The notes: generated by a model from the sequence alone, not told the origin. A DNA stretch of 63,846 bases, filler included, from Craspedostauros australis (GCA_030167865.1; 13 parts of 13 records of this genome joined end to end with filler, not necessarily neighbours in it); one strand, 5' to 3'; positions 36,740 to 49,448 are shown, counted from the whole stretch's first letter. A program made the numbers and translations.

Positions 36740-36962
36740 TGTCGTAACATGGTAAGGTCGCGGGTTCGAGTCCTCGAAAACATCATGCCTTGTTGGCGAC
36801 TGGGACGAAATGCCGTCTCCCTACAGCGGGAGGATAAACATAGAGTGTGAGCGGTCTGACTACGTAGCCGGAAGGGCTGGTAGGGGCTGAAGGGCTAGTC
36901 TAGTTACCAATAGGAAGGGTGTCAGAACAGGTATTTGTATCTAGACAGTAGCAGTTTCGACT

Positions 36963-37006
36963 AAGGTGGCCTGGTAGGCAGAGCGGTTCGATTCCGCAGC
37001 ACCTTA
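36963..37006 (+). ncRNA. tRNA-like RNA module in TRIM LTR2
   Basis: Identical copy of 36696-36739. Confidence 0.75.
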
Positions 37007-37359
37007 TGTCGTAACAGTCTTCATTCGACGCAACTCTGTTCGACGATGGCGATGGCGATGGTGCTGGCGATGGCAACCCCTCCAACGATGCCGCATCCCT
37101 TCACATTGGTACCACCACCAACAACACAAACAGTCAGACAAGCCATCAGACAAGATGATGAGTCATCGACATCCAAGAGGAACTGTGGGAAGGCTCGCCA
37201 GTTGCTCCGCACCTTGACCCACCCGTCGTACGACTATGAGTATTACTATGGAACCTTCCATGAGCACGATCTACTCTGGGAGTTGTCACAGCAAAGCGTC
37301 CAGCCTGATAGGTACTCTGTTCAAACCTTTGTGCGGTCATGAGGTCATGACGATCGAAG

Positions 37360-39486
37360 TTGCTTGAAGAGGACGGTGTCAGACGGATAGCGGAGAAACA
37401 AACGGAGACCAAGCAACCGCAACCGCAGCAGGCCGACACGAAATCGAAGGCGAGCAAGCCCACCAGCGTTGCCAAAGAGGCCAAAGCAGCTGCAAAATCA
37501 GGTGGTCGTGCCAGTGTCAGCACAGATACACCAAGCAGCGCCAATAGAAGTGCAGCAAAAGATGCGAAAGCTTTGGCTGTGAAACGATCACATGCGAAGA
37601 GTCTGGAGATGCTCGACATGCAAGATCACGAGATGTCATTCAGCTCCCTTGACCCCAACAAGTTCATCAACAACGAATCGATGCCGGTGCCAATCACCCC
37701 AGGTGGACTCAGCTTCGCCACAGCCCCAGCACTTGGCGCAACCCGCGAATGGAGCAGTCAAGACAAGATGATGCTTGCGCAGAGTCGGAGACGCAGGCCA
37801 AGGACACAAAAGAATTCCAACGCAACGACCAGCGGCGACAAATCGAGGAGCAAGAGTTTGGAATTCTTGGAATTCTTGAAGGACGGACGCAACATGCCAG
37901 TCACACCAGACACATCAGGCACATTGAGCGCAGCCAGCACCCCGGCTCTACCTCGAGTTGCGACAACGGAGACGTCACGCAGTGAGAGCCTGGAGTCACT
38001 CTCCAATCTGCCAAGTCTCCACGACGACGACGACGACAGCGCCGGCGTTGCGACAAGTGCTGCTCCAACGAACGGTGGGAGAAGCTCCGCGGCCCCTGTC
38101 ACGCCTGGAGGTTGGAGCACGGCATCTACACCAGCCCCCTTCAACCGCACACATGAAGAAAGACAACAGTCTTCGTTGTTGAACAGGCGCAGGTTGACAT
38201 TGGGAAGTATCCTCAAGGCCAAACGATCATCATTACGTGAAGTGTCATCGACCAATCCTCCCAAATCGAAGCAACGACCATCTCTCGAATCCCGACCATC
38301 GCAATTGGCCGATCTTGCCTTGACCAAAGCATCCGCAAAGGCGCCATCATCATCGTCGTCGCCACCGTCGCCATCATCACAGTCCAAATCCAAACTCAAT
38401 CTTCAACAGTTCGAACACAAACACGAACACGGAGGTGTCTCGGCCACAACCCCAAGCCCCATCCAGTCCTGGAGCCTTGAGTTTGGGAATCGAATGGCAA
38501 TCGAGCAAGAAGGACCGGGTGATTCCTTCTCGCAACAGATCCGCGCGCAGTTCGTTGCGCCCAAGTGAAGACTCGAAGCAACGACGTTCATGCGGACGAA
38601 GCACGGATGCTCTGTGCGATGAGATGAAGGCAAGGATCTCCAAGGTGCTTGGCCATGGGCCCCGACATCACCACTCCAGCAAAACATGAGGTGTGTCATC
38701 ACCATTGATATTACCATCGAGATCACCGTCGCCACGGCATCGGCAGAGAAGCGCACAGCACACCATTGGCAAGCTGCACTCGACATCGTCAAGATCAAAG
38801 AGTGTGGAGCATTCGACATCATTGCGCCATCATCGTGACGGAGCAATTCACATTTGCTCCTCTGGAAGAAGCCGCTGCTCGTCATCGGCGCAGAGTCATC
38901 GAAGTCCGTCCGATCGCGATCACAGAAGACTGCGCAACTATCGATGGACTCATCGCCATCATCACGGCGACAACGAGCATCTGGCAGTTCGGACGATGTG
39001 AACGCAGCCTCACGTTCACGCCAATCCAACTCAAATGCGCACTCCACTGGTACTGGTTTGCACCAACGCAAGGGCTCACCTTCACGAAATCATGTCCGAG
39101 GAAGTTCGCGAACACCAAATCAACGTGACCGTAGCCAATCGACACCACGTGGCGAAGATCAGCGAAGGAAGTCCTCTGATGAACGATCACCATCGGCGCG
39201 ACAACGAAGCAGATCAAGAGGATATCGAAATTACAGCGTCGAACAGCACAGCGATGAGCGAGATGAAGATGGACGGCATGGCAAGGAGCGACATGCCAAC
39301 AACAACATGGCGACAAACGTTCGTCATCACGCGGGGCCCTTCNATCGAATCNTCGTGGACGAAACAGATCGTCGACTCGCGATGCTGTCTACCATGAGAA
39401 GNTNTCTGNNACAAAGCCACTGCAACTCACACCAAAGAAAGCGGTCAGGAGCAAGAGCGCGTCTCAGTACCGCGATCGCTCGATGA
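37360..39486 (+). CDS. Ser/Thr/Arg-rich disordered hypothetical protein, probably frameshifted after 38568
   Basis: 402-codon ORF with recurring SKSLE and P[VI]TP(GG)..[SA]T[AP]PA motifs. Similar composition continues in other frames (38693..39001, 38854..39486). No recognisable domain. Confidence 0.45.
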
Positions 39487-41561
39487 ATGGCACCAAAACT
39501 CCCACCCTGTGATGCATCACGATACGATGGGATGGAATGAGATGTGCGGGCCATTCCGTACTCGTATCATACTCATAGAGGTATGGTAGATCCACATCCC
39601 TGTATGTAATACACCTACGAATGAATTGTAATGTTCTATGATATGTAGGATTGGAACAGTACCGCATACACTATATTTGCTCGTGCGATGGAACACCGTG
39701 ATGAAGTCACCGGATGTTTCAAGAGATTGAAGGGCTGGATACTGCTCCCACGCTGCCTCTGCCTTGTCTGCAACTTGTCTGGTCCGCTCTCTGCGGTACA
39801 AACGCACACAGGGATGTTGTCGATGTCATTCACGAGCAGATTGGACATCTGTGGTTCCATCCGCACTCTGCCATGAGCATCGTTGTTGGTTCGTTGCACA
39901 GACAATGGACGCATGGCGGCACCATTTTCACCAGCCTTGCAGTCGTCGCGGTGCGGTCGTCGCCATGCCGCCGGATTCACACACAGAGCACTCTACTCCA
40001 AGTCACACTGCCAAGCAGATTGAAAGCTACAGTGCCGATGCCAGCCGATCCAAGTTTGTGGAAGAGGCGATCTGCGAAGAGCACATGGCGAACAAGGCAG
40101 AGAGAAATGGTGAGAAGCCGCAAGGAGCATGGTTGCTGCACGGTTCCATCGACCGTCCCATATCGCCCTATCGTTCTCATCTCTCCATGAGTTGCACTCC
40201 CACCATTGTGCCAAAACTGCAGTCGAGACCCTCACCAAGTCCCAGGAGGAGCAATCACTCACCGTTGGGGCAACAATTGCCAGGGTCACCATCCATTCCA
40301 ATCATCAAAGCGACCAGTGCCAGTGTGGTGGAAAGACAAGAACCGACGAGCCAGCGCAGTCCAAGCATCCAGAGAGCTTGACGAGCAACAGAAGAAACCA
40401 ACGAATCAACCAACCAACCAACGAGCAACCCCATGCAGAGTGCGAGTGCAGTATTGCGGATCATGGTTGGCACAGAGTTCCACATGGCGCAAGAAGCACA
40501 CGGTCAGCGATCCATGGCCCATGCGCGCACCGTATCTCCACATGTCCTCCTTCGTGGTGCTCCCAACTTCGTTGATGAGGCGGATGTTCTTGTCGATCAC
40601 CTCGGTTGAGCATCGATGCTCTGCAAGTCGCGAGCCAAGACGGCGGCACTCATGCCTATTGATAGAATGCGCATGGTGTTGTGTGTTGGTGGTCCGCGCG
40701 GCAGGAACAGTGGAGGCGGCACGGTATCACTCCGCCTGATGCTTGCTGGACGTGTCAACTCATCCCAATACGCAATGTGGTGTTGGTTTGATGTTGGGGA
40801 CTCTTGTTACCCGCGCGGATGGTGATGGTTGCAATGCGGTGGGATGGCAACCAGCCAAATCCAAATGAGATGGGTCGCAACCAACGCAGGCAATCAACAA
40901 AGGCAACCAACAAAGGCAACCAACAAACGCAGTCACATGGGTGGCTTCATGGTTGTTCGAGGCATTGGCTCACACCTCAAGTTGGTGCTTGCGATGGCAG
41001 GCGGACGAGGGTCAGCGGTCTTGCAGATGCCACGATGACGCAAGCAAGCGTGGNNNNNNNNNNNCATGGTGGTGGCGGCGGTGGTGGCGACGATGACAGC
41101 TGTCTGTGTTTCCGAAGACTTTCACGTTGTTTGCTTCGGATTGGTGTTGCATTGATTGTGGCCAAACGAGAACTCTGTTGTGGTGCTTCTTTCTTGTTGT
41201 TGGTCGCACGCATTTTCGTGATGGATGGGAACAGAAAGATCCAATCCGCCCAAACCAGACGCGTTTGGGGGGGGGGGGGAGAACGGAAAATCGAGGGTTA
41301 TCCGAAGTATGGAAATTTCACTAAATTTGCGTAAACCAAACACAGTTTGCCAAAGTTATCCGTCAATATGCCTTGTGTTGGACATTTAGCTTATTCTACA
41401 CCCAAAGTATAACAATGTACGCAGTAGGCGACACAGTGGGAAGTTACAAGGGATGCCAAAANNNNNNNNNNNNNNNNNNNNNNNNNNNNNNNNNNNNNNN
41501 NNNNNTTAATTAATTAANNNNNNNNNNNNNNNNNNNNNNNNNNNNNNNNNNNNNNNNNNNN

Positions 41562-42929
41562 ATCCCTTTCGATGGATAGGGTCTGGATGATTGAAGGCTC
41601 CATCGAATGTTGTAGGTTCGATGTGCTTCTCTGGTTCCTTGTTCTTGTCCTGCATCGACAATCCGATGTCGATCGCTGGTGATTCAGTAGTGATTGCATT
41701 CATTCCGTACAGTCCTGTTGTGCTATAGTGAGTGATTTCGATCTCTTCTTCATCTGCAATCTCTTCGTCATCTGTAGTTTCGTTGTTGGANTCGTCGATC
41801 NNNTCGTCGCTGAGTTCNTCACTGTCTTCGTTGGATGATGGATCGCTTTCATATCCTTCTTCTTTTCGACCTAGTTCGTTGAAGTCTGCGAGCTCACGCA
41901 GAGCTCTGGGAATGCTCTTCCCTGTAGTCGGTTTGGGATTAGCTTCTCCCTTCCTGCCTCGTGCTTCGTGACGTCGGATCCTCTCCTTTCTATCTATATC
42001 ACGTTTGCTTGGCTTACTCGGTGGAGGTCTGGATGGTGTGTCATGTGTAGACCTCGCTGGTGTGTTCGGAGGGGTGACGCCTGTGTCATCGTTGGCTTCG
42101 NNNNNNNNNNNNNNNNNNNNNNNNNNNNNNNNNNNNNNNNNNNNNNNNNNTTCATTCCGTACAGTCCTGTTGTGCTATAGTGAGTGATTTCGATCTCTTC
42201 TTCGTCTGCAATCTCTTCGTCATCTGTAGTTTCGTTGTTGGAATGGTCGGTCTCCTCGTCGCTGAGTTTATCGCTGTCTTCGTTGGATGATGGATCGCTT
42301 TCATATCCTTCTTCCTTTCGACCTCGTTCGTTGTNNNNNNNNNNNNNNNNNNNNNNNNNNNNNNNNNNNNNNNNNNNNNNNNNNNNNNNNNNNNNNNNNN
42401 NNNNNNNNNNNNNNNNNNNNNNNNNNNNNNNNNNNNNNNNNNNNNNNNNNNNNNNNNNNNNNNNNNNNNNNNNNNNNNNNNNNNNNNNNNNNNNNNNNNN
42501 NNNNNNNNNNNNNNNNNNNNNNNNNNNNNNNNNNNNNTCATCGTTGGCTTCGTCGCCAGATGGTGTGATCTCGTCATCCTCATGATTGGATTCGCTCCGA
42601 TCTTCCTCGTCGTTATGAATTAATTGAGTTACTACTCCATCGTCCTCATTATCCTCATCGTCGCTGTCCGATAGGATATAGTATCTGTTGTTGTTAGCGA
42701 AAGATACTCTCTTCGCTTCCGATGCTTGACGCGTTGCCGTCCTTGGCGTTGCTCCCTTCCGTCCGATGGTTGTGAAGCCGTCTGCGTCCGTNGTTTCTGT
42801 TTNGTTGGATACGTTCGGTGCTGGTGCCCAGCCACGGAACTGTCCGTATGATTGATTGAGCCACTTGATGTCGCGTGAGCAGATGAGTGACTTGGTCGAT
42901 GGTCTGTACATGTTGTAGACCCCTGATGC
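41562..42929 (-). mobile_element. Ty1/copia pol fragment (integrase C-terminal SH3 region, acidic linker, start of RT)
   Basis: YNMYRPSTKSLICSRDIKWLNQSYG, an acidic linker, then IEPTTFDGAFNHPDPIHRKG. Confidence 0.8.
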
Positions 42930-43813
42930 NNNNNNNNNNNNNNNNNNNNNNNNNNNNNNNNNNNNNNNNNNNNTTAATTAATTAANNNNNNNNNNNNNNN
43001 NNNNNNNNNNNNNNNNNNNNNNNNNNNNNAGGCTCCCTCGTCGCTGCAATGCTGTTGTAGCTGGTGGCTATGCAGACACCTCCAATGACAGCGACACCAC
43101 CTACGACGACAACGACAGGGGGGAAGGAACGCGTGCCAGCAGGAACAGGAGAGGAGGTCAGTTCGGGTATGATCCGCAAGAGGGGGAGAACTGGAGGCGC
43201 CCTGCTGTGATTCGCGTGATGGAGTTGCTCACGGATCACTTCGACATGAACGTGTTTACTTCCATGCCTCCCAAGGGATTCGTGCTTGGCTGGAATTGCG
43301 ACAGGCACACATGGTGGAATGTAACACGTGTGTGGGTCAACGTGGCTTCTGCGCTCTGGGGTGTCTTGCTCCCCCAGGAGGAGTTGCCAACACGCCAGAT
43401 GCAGCAGGTCGTGGAGTTTGTCCGCGCGCGCGCGGATCTACCGCCGCCTGCACTCGGTCCAAATCTGTACACCCTATGTGTTGGGGGGGAACAGACACTG
43501 GCTATCGCAGCTAGAGCTGTCCTTGCTGCATCTACGTCATTCACTAACAGCTCCGCAATCCTGTCTCGTCACATGGAGACCATGTCAGAGGAACAACGTA
43601 TTCGTGTCGAGCCTGCACGCACTGCAATCACCCGGAGTCAACTAACAACATTGCGACGCGCCTATGACATGTTCAGCCGTGGCGAACTCATCCCGCCAAA
43701 GGTTCTCCAGTATCGCGTGCGTGCTTGCAATCTGTCTGGTGTGGCATCGTTTCTCATGACCACNNNNNNNNNNNNNNNNNNNNNNNNNNNNNNNNNNNNN
43801 NNNNNNNNNNNNN

Positions 43814-46763
43814 AGGCTCCCTCGTCGCTGCAATGCTGTTGTAGCTGGTGGCTATGCAGACACCTCCAATGACAGCGACACCACCTACGACGACAACGAC
43901 AGGGGGGAAGGAACGCGTGCCAGCAGGAACAGGAGAGGAGGTCAGTTCGGGTATGATCCGCAAGAGGGGGAGAACTGGAGGCGCCCTGCTGTGATTCGCG
44001 TGATGGAGTTGCTCACGGATCACTTCGACATGAACGTGTTTACTTCCATGCCTCCCAAGGGATTCGTGCTTGGCTGGAATTGCGACAGGCACACATGGTG
44101 GAATGTAACACGTGTGTGGGTCAACGTGGCTTCTGCGCTCTGGGGTGTCTTGCTCCCCCAGGAGGAGTTGCCAACACGCCAGATGCAGCAGGTCGTGGAG
44201 TTTGTCCGCGCGCGCGCGGATCTACCGCCGCCTGCACTCGGTCCAAATCTGTACACCCTATGTGTTGGGGGGGAACAGACACTGGCTATCGCAGCTAGAG
44301 CTGTCCTCGCTGCATCTACGTCATTCACTAACAGCTCCGCAATCCTCTCTCGTCACCTGGAGACCATGTCAGAGGAACAGCGTATTCGTGTCGAGCCTGC
44401 ACGCACTGCAATCACCCGGAGTCAATTAACAACATTGCGACGCGCCTATGACATGTTCAGCCGTGGCGAACTCATCCCGCCAAAGGTTCTCCAGTATCGT
44501 GTGCGTGCTTGCAATCTGTCTGGTGTGGCATCATTTCTCATGACCACCGCTACGTACAAGGCAGGCCTGAGTCACACGGTACAGTTCGGAGGCATCAAAT
44601 TTGAAAATGTCCCCGTCTTCGATCGTGGAAGCACGTCAATCGAACAACTATTCGACATGTACGCGTCAACGACTAACAACCCAGTTGGAATGCCTGCATT
44701 CACCCTCATGACTAACCTGCTCACACGCAAAAGTAAGATCAAGACGGGCCTTTCTTCCTTCGAGAGTTACTTCTGGATGGCGACGGAGAAACTCAAACAG
44801 GCAATTTCGCGCCTAGTAGACCTCCTGAAGGCTAAGTATGAAACAGACGGAGAGGAACAAAACGATGCCAATGACGAGAGCGACAACGACAACGACAACG
44901 ACGAGCCCAATGACGTCATCTCTCCACATGTGCGCACGGCCGATTCCCTCTTGAATGCACTCGAACTGCTTGTTGTGTTCCTCAAATGGGAGTTCACCGC
45001 CTCCCACATGCAGCTTCAGTGCGACGATCCAATGCATTCGGCCGCGTTCGCTCTCACCACCAAAAAGGAGAAGAAGAAGAAGGCAACAACCACCTCAACC
45101 AACCAACGCAAAGCACGCACCAACAAGCACAAACGCAAGAAGACCACTCTCAAAAGCGACACGCCAACCATCACAAATGACATTCCAGTGGTCACAACAA
45201 ACGAACAACCGCGTAAAGTATGCAACCGTTGTGGATCAGCAATGCGATTTGTGAATGATCGTTTTGTCCCATTCGTCGAAATGCTTAAGGACAACGAACT
45301 CGCAGAACACAAGGACGAATTGCAATCAATGCTTGCGGCGGCGCCGGGATTCGCTGATGAAATCACTAATTACATGGCTCACAAAGTGCGTGCCAAAGTG
45401 CAATTCCGACAAATCGCTTTTTATCAATCCGAACTCAATGATAAGCCTGAAAGAGCCTATGTGGTACTTGACCATAAGCAAAAAATTCTACCAACAGGCC
45501 AAAGCGAAGCCCAACAAGAATATTGGGGGAAAAAGGGAATGTCACTGCTTGGGGCGATGGTCATCACGTGTCGCAACGACATTTTTACTTATCGGTTCAT
45601 TGACATTGTGGTCGGTGGAAGACCGACACAAGACACTCTTCAAGTTGGTGCACTGCTTGACATTGTGCAAAAAAAGGTCAAAGACATTCACCCATCCGTG
45701 ACTGAGATCATCCTACAGAGCGATAACGCGTGTTGTTTCGCCAGTCACGAGCACATCGCGCTCATCACATCGGTACTCAACAAGAACCTTGCAACACGAA
45801 AGGCCGCCAAAATCATCGCATGGATTTACACGGAGGCCCAAACCGGTAAGAGCATGCTGGACACCCACTTCGCGTACATCACCCGTGTACTGCGAAAATA
45901 CGTGCAAAGTGGCAAGGACATCAAGACCCCNNNNNNNNNNNNNNNNNNNNNNNNNNNNNNNNNNNNNNNNNNNNNNNNNNNNNNNNTGGTCAACGCAGAG
46001 ACCCTCGAAGGCAACATCACGACGCTTCCTGGCGCACCAAAACGACGATTCCGCGCGAACGGGCAACAGGTGCGTCAAACTCACGAGGTGAAGTATGATG
46101 ATGACCAGGCGCGATTGGTGGCTGCATCTGGCATCACGGAAGACGTCGTTGTGAAGAGCGCTGAATGGGACGGCTGGATCATCAACCAGCTGGGCGTTGC
46201 CGATGTTCACACACACAAGTCCGACAAGCTGCCGATAACGTCCGAATCGTTCAGGAAGACGGACAAGACGCGAAAACTCGGGCGCACAGCGGCAGAGAGC
46301 AAGGGGCTGGTGTTCGGCAAAGCGATCCAAGACGTACAAGGATGCGTGCCGACCGACCGCACCGCGGAGTTGAAGGACAAGACCGCAGAAACCGAACACC
46401 CACCACTCGCAGTGCCAGGCTGGGCGAGCAAAACCGTACGGATCAACGCGAAACTACCAGACTACATCGCGGACAAATTGAAGGACATCAGTGAAGCGTC
46501 CGCGAAGGACTCGAAAAACAGACCGTCCGAACATGAAGCACACGAACAATTGATGGCCAACGAAAGAACGAAAACTGACTGGTACGTACAACTGCACGCT
46601 AATCCCATGCGGGTGAAAGCATCGCTGTCTGCAGCGTACAACGCCAAACAACGCAAAGAAAAGAAGCAGGCTGCCCTCATCAAGGCAGAAACCAACACCA
46701 ACACCAACCCAACAAACAAAGCAACAGCATCTGCAATCATGGCGACCCACAATGCGCCAGCTG
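43814..46763 (+). mobile_element. Large DDD transposase, Sola3-like, open at both ends (43030-43763 is a near-identical duplicate of its 5' part)
   Basis: VVLDHKQKILP...EAQQEYWGKKGMSLLG, ILQSDNACCF and YTEAQTGKSMLDTHF. Upstream His/Cys motif SHMQLQC...HSAAFAL...CNRC. No stop over about 980 codons apart from one gap. Subfamily assignment is from remembered motifs. Confidence 0.7.
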
Positions 46764-47829
46764 NNNNNNNNNNNNNNNNNNNNNNNNNNNNNNNNNNNNN
46801 NNNNNNNTTAATTAATTAANNNNNNNNNNNNNNNNNNNNNNNNNNNNNNNNNNNNNNNNNNNNCGTTGGAGGGGACGCAGGGGTTGGACCGTAGAGAATG
46901 GTTGGGTAGTTGGCGAGGGGTGGGGATGGTACAAAGCGTGCCACTGGAGCGATCATCCTAGATTGGTCATGAGACACCGATGGTACAAAGGGGAGAGCAT
47001 AAGGGTTGAGCCCCTGGCGAGGAGAGTGGACATCGCGACCTTTGAGAGGACGGTGAACCTTTGGTGAAGGCTGGTGGGCGTTGGCGGGAGAGTTTGGGCG
47101 TGGGTGGCTCATGATCTGAAGGTGGTGGCAGGGCAAACAAAGGAGGGTGATGGGTGGCTTGATATAGACAATCGAAGATACTGTTGGAATCGGTGCTTGC
47201 TGGGTGTTTCTGGACATGTGACGAGGAACAGGACAGCCCCAAGAACCGCAGCCTGAGAGATCGCAACAGACATGACAAAGAGAAGGAGGACGACAACGAT
47301 GGTGGAAAGCCCACAGCACACCTGAGATGCCAGTACATGTATGCACACATGTCTGCATTTTCCAAAGTGATGTGCCTGTGGGTGTCATCAAAATGAGCAG
47401 CTGTCCCAGACAAACCGAGTGTCAAACATACCATCTGCAACACGTCGTATGCGACATTTTTTCGATACTGGGACCAGCGGAGCAGAATATTGACAAATGG
47501 AGCTTCAACTATGTTGAATGCACAGGCAGCTGTCTCCTTCGACGATATCGATCGCACAATCATTGATGGGTCTGCCCCAGGAGAAGCATACCATCAGAGT
47601 TGTGAACAGTTGAAGCAAACAATTTGGAGTGATTTTGGCAGTCTATGTTATTCTNNNNNNNNNNNNNNNNNNNNNCTCTCTTCTTGTCTTGTTTACCAGT
47701 CTATTGTATACATATCTATAAGCATCAAGAATCAAGTTGGTTTGATGGTTCAAGGTTGATCTACTACAAACCTTGATACTGTTGCTGCTGTTACTGGTAC
47801 CGTTACTGTCGCTGCTGTTGCTTTGCTGC

Positions 47830-48620
47830 CATCGCTTCGCCGGCATCGTTATTGCCGCCATTGCTTCACCGCTTTTGCGTTCACAGCCATTGCTTCGCTG
47901 CCGTTGCTATCGCAGCCATTGCTTCACCGCCATTGCTCCATCGCCATTGCTTCGCCGCCATTGCTTCGCCGCCATTGCTTCACTGCCATTGCTTTGCCGC
48001 CATTGCTTCGCCGCTATTGCGTTCCCCGCCATTGCTTCGCCGCCATTGCGTTCACCGCCATTGCTTTGCCGCCATTGCTTCACCGCCATCGCTCCATCGC
48101 CATTGCTTCGCCGCCATTGCTTCGCCGCTATTGCGTTCACTGCCATTGCTTTTGCCACGGTTGCTTTCGCCGCCATTGCTTCACCGCCATCGCTCCATCG
48201 CCATTGCTTCGCCGCCATCGCTCCATCGCCATTACTTTGCCGCCATTGCTTCGCCGCTATTGCGTTTCCCGCCATTGCTTCGCCGCCATTGCGTTCACTG
48301 CCATCGCTCCATCGCCATTGCTTCGCCGCCATTGCTTCACCGCCATCGCTCCATCGCCATTGCTTCGCCGCCATTGCGTTCATCGCCATTACTTTGCCGC
48401 CATTGCTTCGCCGCTATTGCGTTCACTGCCATCGCTCCATCGCCATTGCTTCGCCGCCATTGCTTCACCGCCATCGCTCCATCGCCATTGCTTCGCCGCC
48501 ATTGCTTCACCGCCATCGCTCCATCACCATTGCTTCGCCGCCATTGCTTCGCCGCTATTGCGTTCACTGCCATTGCTTTTGCCACGGTTGCTTTCGCCGC
48601 CACTGTCGCTGCTTTCGCTG
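47830..48620 (+). repeat. Complex minisatellite built from 12-15 bp units (CGCCGCCATTGCTTC / GCCATCGCTCCATC / GCTATTGCGTTCACT)
   Basis: About 800 bp of reiterated GCCATTGCTT-cored units with higher-order blocks. Confidence 0.95.
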
Positions 48621-48884
48621 GCGTTGCTTTCACTGTTGTTGCTATCGCCGCCTTGCTGCCGTCGCTGTTGTTGTGGTCGTGACGACGATGAACGTGGCCA
48701 CTCCATTTGATGAAGTGGCGAATTGTGTGCGGATGGGACTGCCCCTCTTTGTCTGCGGGTCGCAAACCGCTGGCGCTGCGTTTGGCCTCAACTCACAGGG
48801 AGCAACGGTAATAATGGCAATTACCATAGGTCGAAAAATAGCTGAAGTGAAACATGTATGCCACAACGACTTGGAGTGACAAGC

Positions 48885-49448
48885 TGTTGGCAAGTTCCGG
48901 ACCTCGGAAGCCTACGATCGTGGATAGTCATTCTGTTTGATATTTCATTACTTGAGCACTCCGATCCTCTTGATGTCTCTGTTCTCTTGCCCGATGCTCT
49001 TGGCGTATCTGTCTGTTTCGTAGATTGGGTCTCCGACTACGAGTCAGTGCACAAGATGCTCTCTCGCTGCTATTCGTATTCTCTCTCTCTCTCTCTCTCA
49101 ATGTTGTGTGTTCATGCTACACGATACTCTGTGTTCAAAGTGTACTCCGCATTCGACACTTTGTTCATTCACTACTGGCTTGCCACTCCATGAGTGCTTG
49201 CCACTTGAACTCCTCCTCGTGTATCCACAATCTTGATGCCCTTNNGTCATCGAATCTTCANTTTCTGCTTCTGACATGGAGACAGATGTCGACGTGGTGA
49301 CATGATGACATCCTGTCGACTTCAGCTGTCGTCTTCCTGTTCCTCCAGATGTCACGTTCCATCGATGATGTCGATGGCTTGATGAGGATGTTGTCATTTG
49401 AGGTTTTGTTGGGAAGTACATCGAGGCTCGCTCGATACCATACGTCTC
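48885..49448 (-). mobile_element. Copia family A LTR (cut by gap)
   Basis: Starts TGTTGGCAAGTTCC on + and is the reverse complement of 10625-11199. Confidence 0.85.

Larger units (their letters stand above)
36653..37016 (+). mobile_element. TRIM (364 bp): identical 97-bp LTRs (36653-36749, 36920-37016), PBS, PPT, 6-bp TSD GTCTTC
   Basis: TG...CA LTRs are identical base for base. TGGTAAGGT follows LTR1 and AGGAAGGG precedes LTR2. GTCTTC is present at 36647-36652 and 37017-37022. The 170-bp interior has no substantial ORF. Confidence 0.97.

Noticed and set aside
39636..40740. Possible decayed minus-strand gene
   Set aside because: Fragments in several frames with no motif I can identify with confidence.
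47773..48879. 276-368 aa ORFs over the minisatellite as real genes
   Set aside because: They result from a stop-free repeat unit, are open in all frames and contain no domain.
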